A DNA stretch of 64,000 nucleotides from an uncultured Planctomycetia bacterium (GTDB lineage: Bacteria; Planctomycetota; UBA1135; JALUZX01), in contig CAZLQD010000036.1 in assembly GCA_964561605.1 (NCBI GenBank), positions 53,447-117,446 of the forward strand, read 5' to 3'. This document shows positions 26,721 through 35,720 of this stretch, one piece after another. Position 1 is the first letter of the stretch. Each line of letters begins with the position of its first letter. Below the pieces are notes generated by a model. The model did no database searches. It was not told the origin of the DNA and was given only the letters and a program-made list of their open reading frames with translations. Made by a program: the position numbers and the translations under genes.

Positions 26721-28250
26721 TTGGCCAGGACGCGTCCAGGATTCCTTATCGTCCCAGCCCTCTTCCTGACTCCAGTCTTCTGGAGCCCGGATCTCCCTCT
26801 TCCCCAGGCTTTTCGTGGTCAGGTGGAGAAATTCCTGGCCGATCTCCAGAAGGCCACCACCTTGGACCAGGCCCTTCCGGCGCGGGACGGGCTGGTCCTC
26901 CTGGGGAGGGGTGTCACTCCCCAGGTGGCGAAGGCCCTGGAGAAGGCCGGGAGGAAGGCCCGGTGGAGTCTCCTCCAGGTCCTGGCCCTCCTGGGCGGGA
27001 AGGATGGAGGCAGGGCGCTCCGGCAGGTGCTGGTCCAGCCCCGCTGGCGGAGCCGGGAAGGGTGTCTCTGCCTGGCCGCCCTGGGTCTTCCCCTGGAGTC
27101 GAGGCCCGAGTTGGAGGCCCTGGCGGACCTGGCCGGCGCGGCGGGAGAGAGGATGGCCTGGGCAAGGATCTGCGGCCTCCTGGCCCTGGCCCGGCCGATC
27201 TCGTCCACCGGGGGAAGGCCCGAGGTTTCCTCCCGGACTCTCGAGGCGCCCCAGACCCCCCAGGAGAAGGCCGCCGTCCTTCTCTTCCTGGCCGCCCGGG
27301 GGAGTTCCGCCGACCTGGCCTCGGCCCTGGGCCGCTTCTGGCCGGAGAAGGTCCTTTCCTGGGGGGACCGCCTCGTGGCCCGGGCGGCCTGCCTGGCCGT
27401 GGCGCGAAGGAAGATCCTGGGTTGGGAGGGGCCCCTGCTCTCCTGGCTGGCCTCGGGGAAGACCCGCCCCGAGGACCGGCGGGCCCTCGCCCTGGCCCTG
27501 GGGGCCCTGGAGGTTCCTTCCAGCTCCCCGTCCTTGAAGGGGTTCTCCGATCCCAGGGAGTGGGCCTGTTTCTTCTCCTTGGGGTCGGAAGGGGGGGGAA
27601 AGGGGGAGGAGGAGAGAATCCGGGCCAGGTTGGGCCTTCCCACCTTGGACGATGTGACCAAAGGGGCCTTGGCAGGGGCTTTCGCCAGGTGCCTCGCCAG
27701 GGAGGATCTTCTCCGTAAGGCCCCTTCCTTCCTGGGGGACCACGAGGTGAGGGAAGTCCTCTCCCTGGAGTTGGCCCGGCGGATCCTCCTGGCCCGCCGG
27801 GGGGATCCTTTCCTGGACCGGGCGGGCCGGAGGACCTGGGACCCGGCCCAGGGCACGGAGGGGTTCGTCGTGGCGGCCTTGGCCTCCCGGGGAGTCCTCC
27901 AGAACAAGGGCCCCTTGCCCCAAGGCTGGTCCCTCTGGGCCAAGGCCGTCAGAGGAGAGGTCCCGCCCCCGGTGGTGGGGGAGGCCCTGGAGAAAGCCCT
28001 GAGGAAGCGGTGGGCCTGGCCCACCCAGCTCCTGGAATCGGCCTGGAATGAAGAAGGGATGGCGATCCTTCTGGGGGCGAGCGAGTTCTACCTCCAGAAG
28101 TATCCAGGCCTGGCCCCTCCCAGGGGCAAGGCCCCCTTGCCCCTGGGGGCTCCGTACCGGGGGTCCCCTTTCTACGGCTGGCTCGAAGCCTTCCTCGCGG
28201 CACGTCCCCTCTTCTCTCCCCCGCTGGAGGGAGGGGGGAAGAAGGGCTGA
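26721..28250 (+). CDS. Secreted HEAT/ARM-like repeat protein, divergent from the large membrane protein
   Basis: Normal codon usage in this frame. TTG 26721 is preceded by AGGAGGA and gives signal-like ARTRPGFLIVPALFLTPVFW; GTG 26823 is an alternative. Repeats such as VAKALEKAGRKARWSLLQVLALLGGKDGGRALRQVL. The start is uncertain. Confidence 0.55.
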   Translation: MARTRPGFLIVPALFLTPVFWSPDLPLPQAFRGQVEKFLADLQKATTLDQALPARDGLVLLGRGVTPQVAKALEKAGRKARWSLLQVLALLGGKDGGRALRQVLVQPRWRSREGCLCLAALGLPLESRPELEALADLAGAAGERMAWARICGLLALARPISSTGGRPEVSSRTLEAPQTPQEKAAVLLFLAARGSSADLASALGRFWPEKVLSWGDRLVARAACLAVARRKILGWEGPLLSWLASGKTRPEDRRALALALGALEVPSSSPSLKGFSDPREWACFFSLGSEGGGKGEEERIRARLGLPTLDDVTKGALAGAFARCLAREDLLRKAPSFLGDHEVREVLSLELARRILLARRGDPFLDRAGRRTWDPAQGTEGFVVAALASRGVLQNKGPLPQGWSLWAKAVRGEVPPPVVGEALEKALRKRWAWPTQLLESAWNEEGMAILLGASEFYLQKYPGLAPPRGKAPLPLGAPYRGSPFYGWLEAFLAARPLFSPPLEGGGKKG

Positions 28251-28317
28251 GGGGCTCTTCTCCCGGGTTCCAGAGGTGCAGGAAGGGGGGCTCGAGGGAA
28301 GGACGGGGCCCGGTCTT

Positions 28318-30789
28318 TCAGGCTACGCCGCCCTTTCCCGATTCCCGGGACCGCAGGCTCCGCAGGAGGCGGTCCGCCTCGGCCAGGCCTTCCATGGCGT
28401 CTCTCCCGTAGCCGTCGGCCCCGATCTCTTCGGCGAAGGAGCGGGTCACGACGGCTCCTCCCACGAGGAAGCGGGAGGGCAGTCCCCGTTTGCGGGCCTC
28501 CGAGATCACCCGTTTCATCTCCACCATGGTGGTGGTCATGAGGGCCGAGAGGGCCACCAGGGGGGCCTTCTCCTGGAAGGCTCTGGCCAGGATGGTCTCC
28601 CGGTCCACGTTCTTGCCCAGGTCGATCACCTCGTACCCGTGGTTCTCCAGGACGGCGGCCAGGATGTTCTTGCCGATGTCGTGGACGTCTCCTTTTACGG
28701 TGGCCAGGACGACTTTCCCCTTCGCCTCGCCCGCCGCCTTGGGCAGGAGAGGGCGGAGGACCTGGAAGGCCCTCTGCATGGTCTCCGCCGCCAGGATCAC
28801 CTGGGGAAGAAAGAAGATCTTCGCGTTGAAACGGCGTCCCACTTCCTCCATGGCCGGAACGAGGATCTCGGAATTGAGGGCCATGGGATCCATCCCGCTC
28901 TCCACGCCCTCCCCGACCAGGTCCTGGATCCGGTCCCGGTCTCCTTCGATGACGGCGCGGCGGATCTTCTCCTCCAGGGGGGGCTCCTTCTCCCGGGCCG
29001 CCTCGGAGGCCTTCTTCCGGACCGGGGCCGGGGCGCCGCCGAAGAGGCGGATGTAGGTGGAGAACTGGGGGTCCCTCTGGATGAGCACGTTTCCCGCGGC
29101 GGCCGTTTCCATCAAGTCCCGGTCGAGAGGGTTCAGGATGGCCCCGTCCAGGCCGGCCTGCATGGCCATGGCGAGGAAGGTCCGGTTCACCAGCTCCCTC
29201 CTGGGGAGTCCGAAGGAGACGTTGCTGAGTCCCAGGAGGGTGCGGACGTGGAAGCGTTCCCGGACCTCCTGGATGGTGCGCATGGTCGCCAGGGCCTGGT
29301 CGGGGGCGGCGCTCACGGGCAGGCAAACGCAATCGATGAAGAGGTCCCTCCTGGGGATCCCGGCCTCGTCGCAGGCCGCGACGATGGTTTCGGCGATCCG
29401 GATCCGCTCCTCCACGGTTTTGGGAACGCCCTTCTCGTCGACCAGGAGTCCCAGGACGGCGGCGCCCCATTTCCGCGCCAGGGGAAGGACGCGGAGGATC
29501 TTCTCCCTCTCACCCGTTACGGAGTTGATGAGGCATTTCCCGGGCGCTTCGGCCAGGCCCGCCTCCAGGGCCTCCGGGTCGGCGGAGTCGATGGAGAGGG
29601 GCGGTGAAGGGGCCACTTCCTGGACCGTCCGGACGGCGGCGGCCATGAGGCGGGCCTCCAGGTCCGAGTCGGCGCCGCCGACCCCGACGTTCACGTCCAG
29701 CACGTGGGCCCCGGCGCCGGCCTGGTCGGCCGCTTCCCGGCGGACCGTGGCCATGGAACCCCCCTTCAGCTCGGCCCGGAACTTCTTCCTTCCCGAGGGG
29801 TTGATCCGCTCCCCGATGACCCGGAAGGGCAGACCGGGCCCGAAGAGGACCGTCTCCGTTCCAGAGGCGAGGCGCGTCACGGGAAGGGGGTCGGGCCTCC
29901 CGGGCTTCATGGCCTTTACGACGGGCCGGATGGTGCGGATGTAGTCCTCGTCGGTTCCGCAGCATCCACCGATGATGGAGACGCCGCAGGAGACGAATCC
30001 CGGCACGCAGTCCATCAGGTCCCGGGGGGTTCCGGGGAATATGGTCCTGTCTCCGTCCCGGACGGGAAGCCCTGCATTGGGCTCCACCGAAAGAGGTTTC
30101 ACCGCATAGGGCGCCATCTCCCGGAAGACCTCGAGAAGCTTGGCCGGCCCGACGGAGCAGTTGGCCCCTACGACGTCCACGTCCAGGGCCTCCACCACGG
30201 TGAGGGCCGTCAGGGCGTCCGTTCCGTAGAAGGTGCGGCCGTCCTCCTGGAAGGTGAGTTGGGCGATGAGGGGGCCGTCGTAGTGGCGCCTCACGGCCTG
30301 GACGATGGCCTTCATCTCCCGGAGTTCGAAGATGGTCTCCACGATGAAGAGGTCCGGGTCCATGGAGACCAGGGCCTCGACCTGTTCCTCGTAATTCCGG
30401 CGGACCTCTTCGAAGGTGGCCTCCCCCAGGGGCTGGATCAGCTTGCCCGAGGGGCCGAGGCCGGCCGCCACGAGGGTTCCCGGCCCCGCCGCTTCCCTCG
30501 CGAGGCGGACGGCGAGGCGGTTGATCTCCCGCATCCTCCCCGCCAGGTCGGGATGGTCCGCCAGGCGCAGGGGTGAAGCACCGAAGGTCGCAGTGATGAG
30601 GATGTCCGCCCCGGCGGAAACGTATGCCCTGTGCACGTCCCGGATCACCTCGGGCCGGGAGAGCATGAAGGCCTCGGGTGGTTCGCCCGGCGGAAGGCCC
30701 CTGGCCTGGAGCATGGTGCCCATGGCCCCGTCCAGGAGGAGGACCTCCTTGCGAAGCCGGCTGGTGAAGCTTTGGCGGGCGTAATTCAT
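28318..30789 (-). CDS. metH: Methionine synthase, short form (Hcy-binding + pterin-binding + B12-binding; no AdoMet reactivation domain)
   Basis: 823 aa. Contains an N-terminal S-methyltransferase barrel (LLLDGAMGTMLQ...GGCCGT), a pterin-binding domain, and B12-binding DxHxxG (GDVHDIGKNI). The protein ends shortly after the B12 domain. Confidence 0.9.
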   Translation of the reverse strand: MNYARQSFTSRLRKEVLLLDGAMGTMLQARGLPPGEPPEAFMLSRPEVIRDVHRAYVSAGADILITATFGASPLRLADHPDLAGRMREINRLAVRLAREAAGPGTLVAAGLGPSGKLIQPLGEATFEEVRRNYEEQVEALVSMDPDLFIVETIFELREMKAIVQAVRRHYDGPLIAQLTFQEDGRTFYGTDALTALTVVEALDVDVVGANCSVGPAKLLEVFREMAPYAVKPLSVEPNAGLPVRDGDRTIFPGTPRDLMDCVPGFVSCGVSIIGGCCGTDEDYIRTIRPVVKAMKPGRPDPLPVTRLASGTETVLFGPGLPFRVIGERINPSGRKKFRAELKGGSMATVRREAADQAGAGAHVLDVNVGVGGADSDLEARLMAAAVRTVQEVAPSPPLSIDSADPEALEAGLAEAPGKCLINSVTGEREKILRVLPLARKWGAAVLGLLVDEKGVPKTVEERIRIAETIVAACDEAGIPRRDLFIDCVCLPVSAAPDQALATMRTIQEVRERFHVRTLLGLSNVSFGLPRRELVNRTFLAMAMQAGLDGAILNPLDRDLMETAAAGNVLIQRDPQFSTYIRLFGGAPAPVRKKASEAAREKEPPLEEKIRRAVIEGDRDRIQDLVGEGVESGMDPMALNSEILVPAMEEVGRRFNAKIFFLPQVILAAETMQRAFQVLRPLLPKAAGEAKGKVVLATVKGDVHDIGKNILAAVLENHGYEVIDLGKNVDRETILARAFQEKAPLVALSALMTTTMVEMKRVISEARKRGLPSRFLVGGAVVTRSFAEEIGADGYGRDAMEGLAEADRLLRSLRSRESGKGGVA

Positions 30790-30904
30790 GGAAGGGGCGG
30801 TTCGGCGAAGAGGCGGGTCCCGGGGGAAGCCCGCCTCCGGTCTCGGCGTCTCGGCTCAGAGGATTCTTCGAATCGGGGGATCTCCCTCCTGAAGGAGATG
30901 TTCC

Positions 30905-30991
<87 letters not shown>

Positions 30992-31133
30992 AGCCGCTCA
31001 GGAAAGGGATTCTGGGGGGCTTCTCCCCCTGGGACAACCCCCTTTCCGGGGGTTTCTTCCTTGCCCGGGAGCGGAGGAATCTCCAATCTAGCCCCATCCG
31101 ACCTTCCGGGGGAGAGGGGGGGCGGGAGGACGT

Positions 31134-32489
31134 ATGACCCAGCAGGTCCGGGGCCGGGGCTACCTTTACCGCGTGACTTTGGCGGCGACCCTGGGGGGCC
31201 TTCTCTTCGGATACGACACGGGGGTGATCTCCGGGGCCGGAGTCTACCTGAAGGAATACTTCCATCTCTCTCCGGGAGGCTACGGATGGGCCGTGGCGAG
31301 CGCCTTGGTGGGTTGCGTCGTGGGAGCCCCCCTGGCGGCGCCGGCGGGGGAGCGTTTCGGCAGGAGGAAGGCCCTCATCCTGGCGGCCTTCTTCTTCGCC
31401 CTCTCGGCCCTCGGATCGGCCCTTCCTTCGAGCCTGGAGGTTTTTGCCCTGGCGCGGATTCTCGGTGGGATCGCCGTGAGTTGGGCCTCCGTGCTGTGTC
31501 CCATGTACATCGCCGAGATCTCCCCTCCGGGAATGAGGGGACGACTGGTCTCCTGGAACCAGATGGCCATCATCTCGGGGTTCCTGGTGGTCTTCCTGGT
31601 GAACGCCTGGATCGCCAACCTCGAGACTGGGGAGTGGAACCTCGCTCAGGGCTGGAGGTGGATGTTCGGATCCGAGACCCTTCCGGCCCTTCTCTTCCTG
31701 GTCTTCCTCTTCTTCGTTCCCGAGAGCCCCAGGTGGCTCGCCGGAAAGGGGCGACTGGACCTGGCCCGGGCCGTTTTGGAGAAGACCTCTCCCGGCGAGG
31801 ACGTGGACCGGGCCCTCGCGGAAATCCGGGAATCCCTGGCCGGGACCTCCGGGGGATGGAAGGGCCTCTTCCTGCCGGGGATGAGGAAAGTCCTCTTCCT
31901 GGGTCTGGGTCTGTCGGTCCTCCAGCAGTGGACCGGGATCAACACCGTGATGTATTACGCTCCGACAATTTTCGCGGAGGCCGGGTTTCCCAAGGAGGCG
32001 GCCATCCTGAGGACCGTCCTCGTGGGGGTCGTCCAGGTGGCGGCCACCTTGGTGGCCATCCGCTTCGTCGACCGGTGGGGAAGGAAACCCTTGATGCTGG
32101 CCGCTTCGGCCGGGATGGGGGTCTCCATGGCCTTCCTCGCGGGGGCATTGGTCCTGGGCGTCCCCGGGATCTGGGTGGTCCTCTTCGTGCTGGTGTACGT
32201 GGGCTTCTTCGGAGTGGCCATGGGGCCGGTGGTCTGGGTCCTCCTGGCGGAGATCTTCCCCAACAAAGTCCGGGAGGCGGCCCTCTCCTTTTGCGTCATG
32301 GTCCTTTGGATCGCCAACTTCCTGGTGACCCAGTTCTTTCCTCCCATGCTCCACGCTCTGGGCGGGGGGACTTTCTTCTTCTACGCCTTCATGTGTCTCG
32401 TCTGCTTCCTCTTCGTGAAGGTCCTGGTCCCGGAGACCAAGGGGAAGAGCCTGGAAGAGATCGAAGTCTCCCTGGGCCTGGGGGCCTGA
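31134..32489 (+). CDS. MFS transporter, sugar porter family
   Basis: Sugar-porter signatures: GERFGRRKAL, PESPRWL, PETKGKSLEEIE. 12 predicted TM helices. Confidence 0.9.
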   Translation: MTQQVRGRGYLYRVTLAATLGGLLFGYDTGVISGAGVYLKEYFHLSPGGYGWAVASALVGCVVGAPLAAPAGERFGRRKALILAAFFFALSALGSALPSSLEVFALARILGGIAVSWASVLCPMYIAEISPPGMRGRLVSWNQMAIISGFLVVFLVNAWIANLETGEWNLAQGWRWMFGSETLPALLFLVFLFFVPESPRWLAGKGRLDLARAVLEKTSPGEDVDRALAEIRESLAGTSGGWKGLFLPGMRKVLFLGLGLSVLQQWTGINTVMYYAPTIFAEAGFPKEAAILRTVLVGVVQVAATLVAIRFVDRWGRKPLMLAASAGMGVSMAFLAGALVLGVPGIWVVLFVLVYVGFFGVAMGPVVWVLLAEIFPNKVREAALSFCVMVLWIANFLVTQFFPPMLHALGGGTFFFYAFMCLVCFLFVKVLVPETKGKSLEEIEVSLGLGA

Positions 32490-32614
32490 GGTCCGGGGCC
32501 TCCCGACCCGGTTGAGGGGTGGTGCTCAGGGGCGTAATATAATGAGCCGTCCGCCCGGCGGCGGGGGGAGGGGGAAAGGGCGCGGCCCGGAAATTTCTCC
32601 TCCGCCTGGAGGGC

Positions 32615-33982
32615 GTGAAGATGAAGGTTCTTCTCGTCCATCCCTGGCGACCGAGCGTGTACGGGGCCGCCGGCATCACGGTCCCGCCTGCGGGCCTTCT
32701 CTATCTGGCCGCCGTCCTCGAGAGGGGGGGACACCAGGTGGTCTTCCAGGACCGGGTCCTCTCCGTCGAGGATCTCCGCCTGGAAGGGGCGGGGCTGGTG
32801 GGGATCACCTGCCACGCCCCGACCTTCAAGTTGGCCCTCTCCCTGGGCCGCCGGGCCAAAGCGGCGGGGATTCCCGTGGTCCTGGGGGGGCCCCAGGTGA
32901 CCTTCACCTACGAGGAGGCCCTGGAGTCGGGCGCGGCGGATTTCGCCGTCAGGGGGGAAGGAGAAGAGACTCTCCTGGAGCTGGCCGACCTCCTCTCCGG
33001 CCGGAGGGACGGCGGCCTCGGCTCCATACCGGGCCTGGTCTGGAAGGACGGGCCCTCCGGGGGGATCGTGGTCAACCCGGACCGCCCGGCCCTGGAGGAC
33101 CTGGACGCCCTCCCCTTTCCGGCCCTTCCCCTGGTCGATCTCTCCCACTACCGGACTCTTACGGTCGCCGGGAGACAGGCCGTCCCGATCGTCACCTCCC
33201 GGGGATGTCCCTTCCGGTGCAATTTCTGCGTGGTTCCCAATCTGCCCCAGAGGAGGTGGAGGGCCCGCTCCGTGGAGAACGTGGTCCGGGAGATGGAGTG
33301 GTGGAACCGGGAGCTGGGGTTCTCCTCCTTCGTCTTCGTCGACGACAACCTGACGGTGGATCCGGGCAGGTTGAGGGAGTTCTGCGCCCTCCTCCTCGAA
33401 AAAGGCGCTCCTTTCCGCTGGTGGTGCATGTCCCGGGCGGACACCCTGGTGAGGCACGAGGACCTGGTGGACCTCATGGCCGGGGCCGGCTGCGTAACGG
33501 TCTTCCTCGGCCTGGAGAGCGGAAGCGACCGGGTCCTGGCGGAGTACGGAAAGAGGGAGAGGGTGGAAACGGGGAGGGAGGCCGTGCGCCTCCTGGAGTC
33601 CCGGGGGATCGAGGCCCACGCCTCCTTCATCCTGGGGAGTCCGGGAGAGACCAGGGAGGACGTGGAGGCCACCATCGAATACGCCCTGGACCTGGACCCG
33701 GCGGTGGTCCAGTTCTCCATCCTGACCCCCTACCCGGGCACCCCACTCTTCGAGCGGCTGAAGGGAAGGCTGGTCACCCGGGACTGGGACCTCTTCGACG
33801 CCGCCCATGCGGTCTACCGGCATGACAGGATGGAGCCTTCCGAACTGGAGAGGCTCCTGGTGAAGGCCTATCGGAGGTTCTACGGGAGACCCGGAAGGAT
33901 CCGGCGGAGCCTGGGAGAGAGAGGGGCGATCCGGAGGGCCTTCCGGGTGATCCGGTTTCTTTCTTCGACCCGGGGGAGGTGA
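32615..33982 (+). CDS. B12-binding domain-containing radical SAM protein
   Basis: N-terminal Rossmann-like B12-binding region (MKVLLVHPW...VGITCHAPTF). Radical SAM: SRGCPFRCNFCVVP. Confidence 0.88.
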   Translation: MKMKVLLVHPWRPSVYGAAGITVPPAGLLYLAAVLERGGHQVVFQDRVLSVEDLRLEGAGLVGITCHAPTFKLALSLGRRAKAAGIPVVLGGPQVTFTYEEALESGAADFAVRGEGEETLLELADLLSGRRDGGLGSIPGLVWKDGPSGGIVVNPDRPALEDLDALPFPALPLVDLSHYRTLTVAGRQAVPIVTSRGCPFRCNFCVVPNLPQRRWRARSVENVVREMEWWNRELGFSSFVFVDDNLTVDPGRLREFCALLLEKGAPFRWWCMSRADTLVRHEDLVDLMAGAGCVTVFLGLESGSDRVLAEYGKRERVETGREAVRLLESRGIEAHASFILGSPGETREDVEATIEYALDLDPAVVQFSILTPYPGTPLFERLKGRLVTRDWDLFDAAHAVYRHDRMEPSELERLLVKAYRRFYGRPGRIRRSLGERGAIRRAFRVIRFLSSTRGR

Positions 33983-33986
33983 AGCC

Positions 33987-35483
33987 ATGTCGCCGAAGGC
34001 AGGTTCCGGAAGGTGGAACAGCTGGTCCGGGCCGCTCCTCAGGGCGGCCCGGGCGGCCGCCGCATTTCCTGTGTCCAGGAAACTCCTCCTTTCCTGGAGC
34101 GAGAAGAAGCTCTACCGGGTCATGGTGGAGAAAAACCCCGAAACTCGTTCCCCTGCGGCCAAGATGGAGTCCTGGTACATGGTCCGTGCTGTGTTGCGCT
34201 CCATCGCAAGGGCCCTGGAGGAGGGGCGTTTCTCCGGCCACGTGAAGGACGTGATCCTCAGGGTCTTCCTCCGGGACGTCCTCATGGGGGACGCCCCCAG
34301 GCGGAGGCGGTACATCGAGAAGAACGGGTTCGCTCCTCCCACTTTCCTCACGATCAGCCCTTTCAAGGGGTGCAACTTGAGGTGCAAGGGCTGCTATGCG
34401 GCTTCCGGGGGGCACAGCGGGAACACCCTCGAGTATTCGATCGTCCGGAAGATTCTGGCCCAGGCCAAGGATCTCTGGGGGGCCAGGTTCTTCGTGATCT
34501 CCGGCGGGGAACCCTTTCTCTACGAAAGCGAGGGGAAGACCATCCTCGACCTCTTCGAGGAGAACCGGGACAGCTATTTCCTGGTATACACGAACGGGAC
34601 CCTCGTCGACGAGGAGACGGCCCGGAGGCTGGAGAGGGCGGGCAACGCCGCACCGGCCCTGTCCGTGGAGGGTTACCGGGCCGAGACGGACGGGAGGAGG
34701 GGGAAGGGGACCTTCGACAAGGTCCTGGCCGCCGTGGAGAGGCTTCGGGCCGCAGGGGTTCCCTTCGGCTTCTCGGGAACCATCACGAGGGAGAACGCCC
34801 CGATCTTCCTGGAGGAGAGGCTCGTGGATTTCTACTTCCACGAGCTGGGCGGGGTCTTCATGTGGCTCTTCCACTACATGCCCATCGGAAGGGAGTTCTC
34901 GGTGGAGCTCCAGCCCACGCCGGAGCAGAGGAAGGCCCTCTTCCTCAAGCAGAGAGAGTGGATCCGGCGGGGGTATTTCCTGGTGGATTTCTGGAACGAC
35001 GGGATCGTCACGGACGGCTGTATCTGCGCCGGGAGGCCGGGCGGGTATTTCTACATCGACTGGGACGGGAACGTCATGCCCTGCGTCTTCATTCCCTATA
35101 CCGCCTGCAACATCAAGGAGGTCTTCGCCGCAGGGGGGACGTTGAACGACGCTTTGAGAACTTCCTTCATGGAGGACCTTCGGGCCTGGCAGAGGGACTA
35201 CAGCTACCTGAAGGATTCCCTCCGGGAGATCGGGAACCAGATCACCTGCTGTCCCATCAGGGACCACCACGCCGACTTCAGGAGGATCCTGGAGAGGAAC
35301 GGCGCCCTGCCGGCCGACGAGAATGCAGCCCTCGCTTTGAAGGACCCGGGATACCTGGAGGGGATGGAGGCCTATGGGCGGCGGATGGCCGAATTGACCG
35401 ATCCCATCTGGGAGAAGGAATACCTGGCGGAGGCCCCCTCCCGGGAGGAAGAGGGGGCCCGGTCCTTCGCCGCAGGGGCCTGA
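33987..35483 (+). CDS. Radical SAM protein (~500 aa) with Cys-rich C-terminal auxiliary region
   Basis: CxxxCxxC in ISPFKGCNLRCKGCYAASG, then FFVISGGEPFLY. C-terminal Cys-rich DGCICAGRPGGYFYIDWDGNVMPCVFIPYTACNI...QITCCPIRDHH. Starts 5 nt after the previous gene. Confidence 0.85.
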   Translation: MSPKAGSGRWNSWSGPLLRAARAAAAFPVSRKLLLSWSEKKLYRVMVEKNPETRSPAAKMESWYMVRAVLRSIARALEEGRFSGHVKDVILRVFLRDVLMGDAPRRRRYIEKNGFAPPTFLTISPFKGCNLRCKGCYAASGGHSGNTLEYSIVRKILAQAKDLWGARFFVISGGEPFLYESEGKTILDLFEENRDSYFLVYTNGTLVDEETARRLERAGNAAPALSVEGYRAETDGRRGKGTFDKVLAAVERLRAAGVPFGFSGTITRENAPIFLEERLVDFYFHELGGVFMWLFHYMPIGREFSVELQPTPEQRKALFLKQREWIRRGYFLVDFWNDGIVTDGCICAGRPGGYFYIDWDGNVMPCVFIPYTACNIKEVFAAGGTLNDALRTSFMEDLRAWQRDYSYLKDSLREIGNQITCCPIRDHHADFRRILERNGALPADENAALALKDPGYLEGMEAYGRRMAELTDPIWEKEYLAEAPSREEEGARSFAAGA

Positions 35484-35682
35484 AGAGGTGGGGGGGGCTC
35501 GTTCCCCTCCCGGCCCCTGCCGGCGGGGAAGGCCCCCGGGAGGGGGGCTCCCGGCGTCCAGGCGGCCCGGGCTGGAGAACTCCGTGGCGGGGGGACGGCC
35601 CTCTTGTCCCGGGCCGGTGCGGAACGGAGCCTGCCGGGGTGTTCGGGGAGGGGAAATTCTCTGGATCTCCCTGGGTTGGATG

Positions 35683-35704
35683 GGTAAGTAAACTCTTACT
35701 TACC
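35683..35704. promoter_or_regulatory. Perfect 9-4-9 inverted repeat, candidate TetR operator
   Basis: GGTAAGTAA-ACTC-TTACTTACC. It is AT-rich in a GC-rich context and ends 16 nt upstream of the tetR ATG (35721). Confidence 0.55.
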
Positions 35705-35720
35705 TTTTCCCGGAGGTGCC

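Noticed and set aside
26815-28024. ORFs 26815-27537(+) and 26819-28024(-) competing with the 26721-28250 HEAT-like frame.
   Set aside because: Both encode Arg/Pro/Trp/Gly-rich junk. The chosen frame has Leu/Ala/Glu/Lys composition, preferred codons such as CTG/GCC/GAG/AAG, and repeat structure.
30790-30904. Possible cobalamin or SAM riboswitch in the metH leader.
   Set aside because: Only 115 nt are available between the tRNA-Leu and metH. I could not find a B12-box-like or SAM-I/II core sequence, only two generic GC hairpins.
35484-35720. RiPP precursor peptide next to the radical SAM pair (also checked 32490-32614).
   Set aside because: The only ORF there (35488-35691, 67 aa) is Gly/Arg/Pro-rich with no RBS and no leader/core-like features. 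No short Cys/Ser/Thr-rich ORF was visible. Very small ORFs cannot be fully excluded by eye.
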